Positions 63,101 through 64,000 of a stretch of 64,000 bases of DNA are shown piece by piece; the first letter of the stretch is position 1; each line of letters starts with the position of its first letter. This stretch comes from Aplysia californica (lineage: Eukaryota): positions 384,102 through 448,101 of the forward strand of contig NW_004797808.1 of assembly GCF_000002075.1 (NCBI RefSeq). The letters are read 5' to 3'. Below the pieces are notes generated by a model. The model saw nothing but the letters and a program-made list of their open reading frames with translations, was not told the origin of the DNA and searched no databases. The position numbers and the translations under genes were made by a program.

Positions 63101-64000
63101 GTTTGGGCTGACTTTTTCCAAGACACCAATTTGTACGTCTCTGTCTAAGTCTTTCGATACCTGTTCTTGCCAGTGAATGGGTACTAGAGCAGGTTTGTGG
63201 ACTGCCACCGGCTTTGCATCAGGGTTGACATGTAGCTGGAGTGGCTCGCATTTCATCATGGGAGGGGTTGGTGCTCACAGATGTTGAATGCTGTGCCGCC
63301 ATAGTAGTCCACGAGCCTCTGTTTCAGTGCTGGTATGTTGTCATCTGTGGCTGACAGTCCAGATGGCAGACTTGTAGGTATGGGAGGTGGATCTTGGCCA
63401 CGCGTAGGGCATGAGCATGTTGATGGTGCAGGGGTTTCCATGGAGGCTGTGAAATCTTGTGGCCAGGAAGCTGGGACACTTGAGAAGTTGGCAGGAATGG
63501 CTCCGAGTGTGACGAGGGCTTCCCTGCACGAGAAGGCCTTTTCCATTTTTGCCGAGACGTACATCGTGATTTTGGTTGATCTGGTGGTGCCAGAAGTGTC
63601 TGATGTGCTGATAGTTGCGATTATACCGCCTTCGACCCCCCAGATCTTCCTTGATGGCACCACACATTGTCAGTTTGACGGGTATTAAGTCAGTGTGGCT
63701 GATACCCATGGCGAGAGCTGATTGTAGTGGAATGATAGAGCTCTGACAGCCAGAGTCAGCGACCATGGGTAATGTGGGATAGTGCGTCTGATGACTTGGC
63801 ACAAGATGCGGGGAAAAGTGAAGTGAGACCAAGGGAACAGGGAGGCAAAACAGTTGCCAATAGCTTGAGCAAGACGCTGAATCAACTTGGAAGACTGGTC
63901 ATTTGGTTTCATCAAGATACTAGGATCTGCAAAACATTCTGTGATATTTATTGTTGGCTGTTGTAGTGTCTTGGTCTCTACCTGTGCTATTCTTTGCTGC
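60190..64000 (-). mobile_element. Decayed Ty3/Gypsy LTR retrotransposon pol (PR-RT-RH-IN), extending beyond the window
   Basis: Protease VADSGCQSS; RT TDAWNGYHS and IKCVDD (~62735-62755); RNase H YAPIEGEALAV/TDHKPL; integrase HAAHQG, CSDYF, SDGGPQF, AEIAVKTVKR; Gypsy domain order; multiple frameshifts. Confidence 0.93.

Overview
Intron-rich invertebrate animal genomic DNA (probably a mollusc or other lophotrochozoan; the taxon is inferred). Three spliced genes can be reconstructed exon by exon. (1) The 3' 14 exons of domino/EP400 (+, 1-15310; SANT-like domain then a Q/T/A-rich tail). (2) A complete 3-exon COX6A (-, 33897-25575; 116 aa). (3) A complete CHFR with 22 coding exons (+, 36088-58525; FHA-RING-Cys-rich-PBZ, 667 aa), head-to-head with COX6A. 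A decayed Ty3/Gypsy pol occupies the right end (-), and a 5'-truncated RNase H-bearing I-group LINE lies at 19.7-21.8 kb. Most notable: (a) five paralogous box C/D snoRNA-like units in one EP400 intron, with an invariant guide complementary to a recalled LSU rRNA segment; (b) ~180-bp TSD-flanked retroposons with a fixed GTGGGTGGTTGG 5' end, no Pol III boxes, and a covarying 3' stem-loop shared with the LINE and a tRNA-SINE; (c) several multi-level nested insertions; (d) EP400-COX6A-CHFR linkage mirroring human 12q24.3. There are three assembly gaps (N runs). All coordinates were read by eye.
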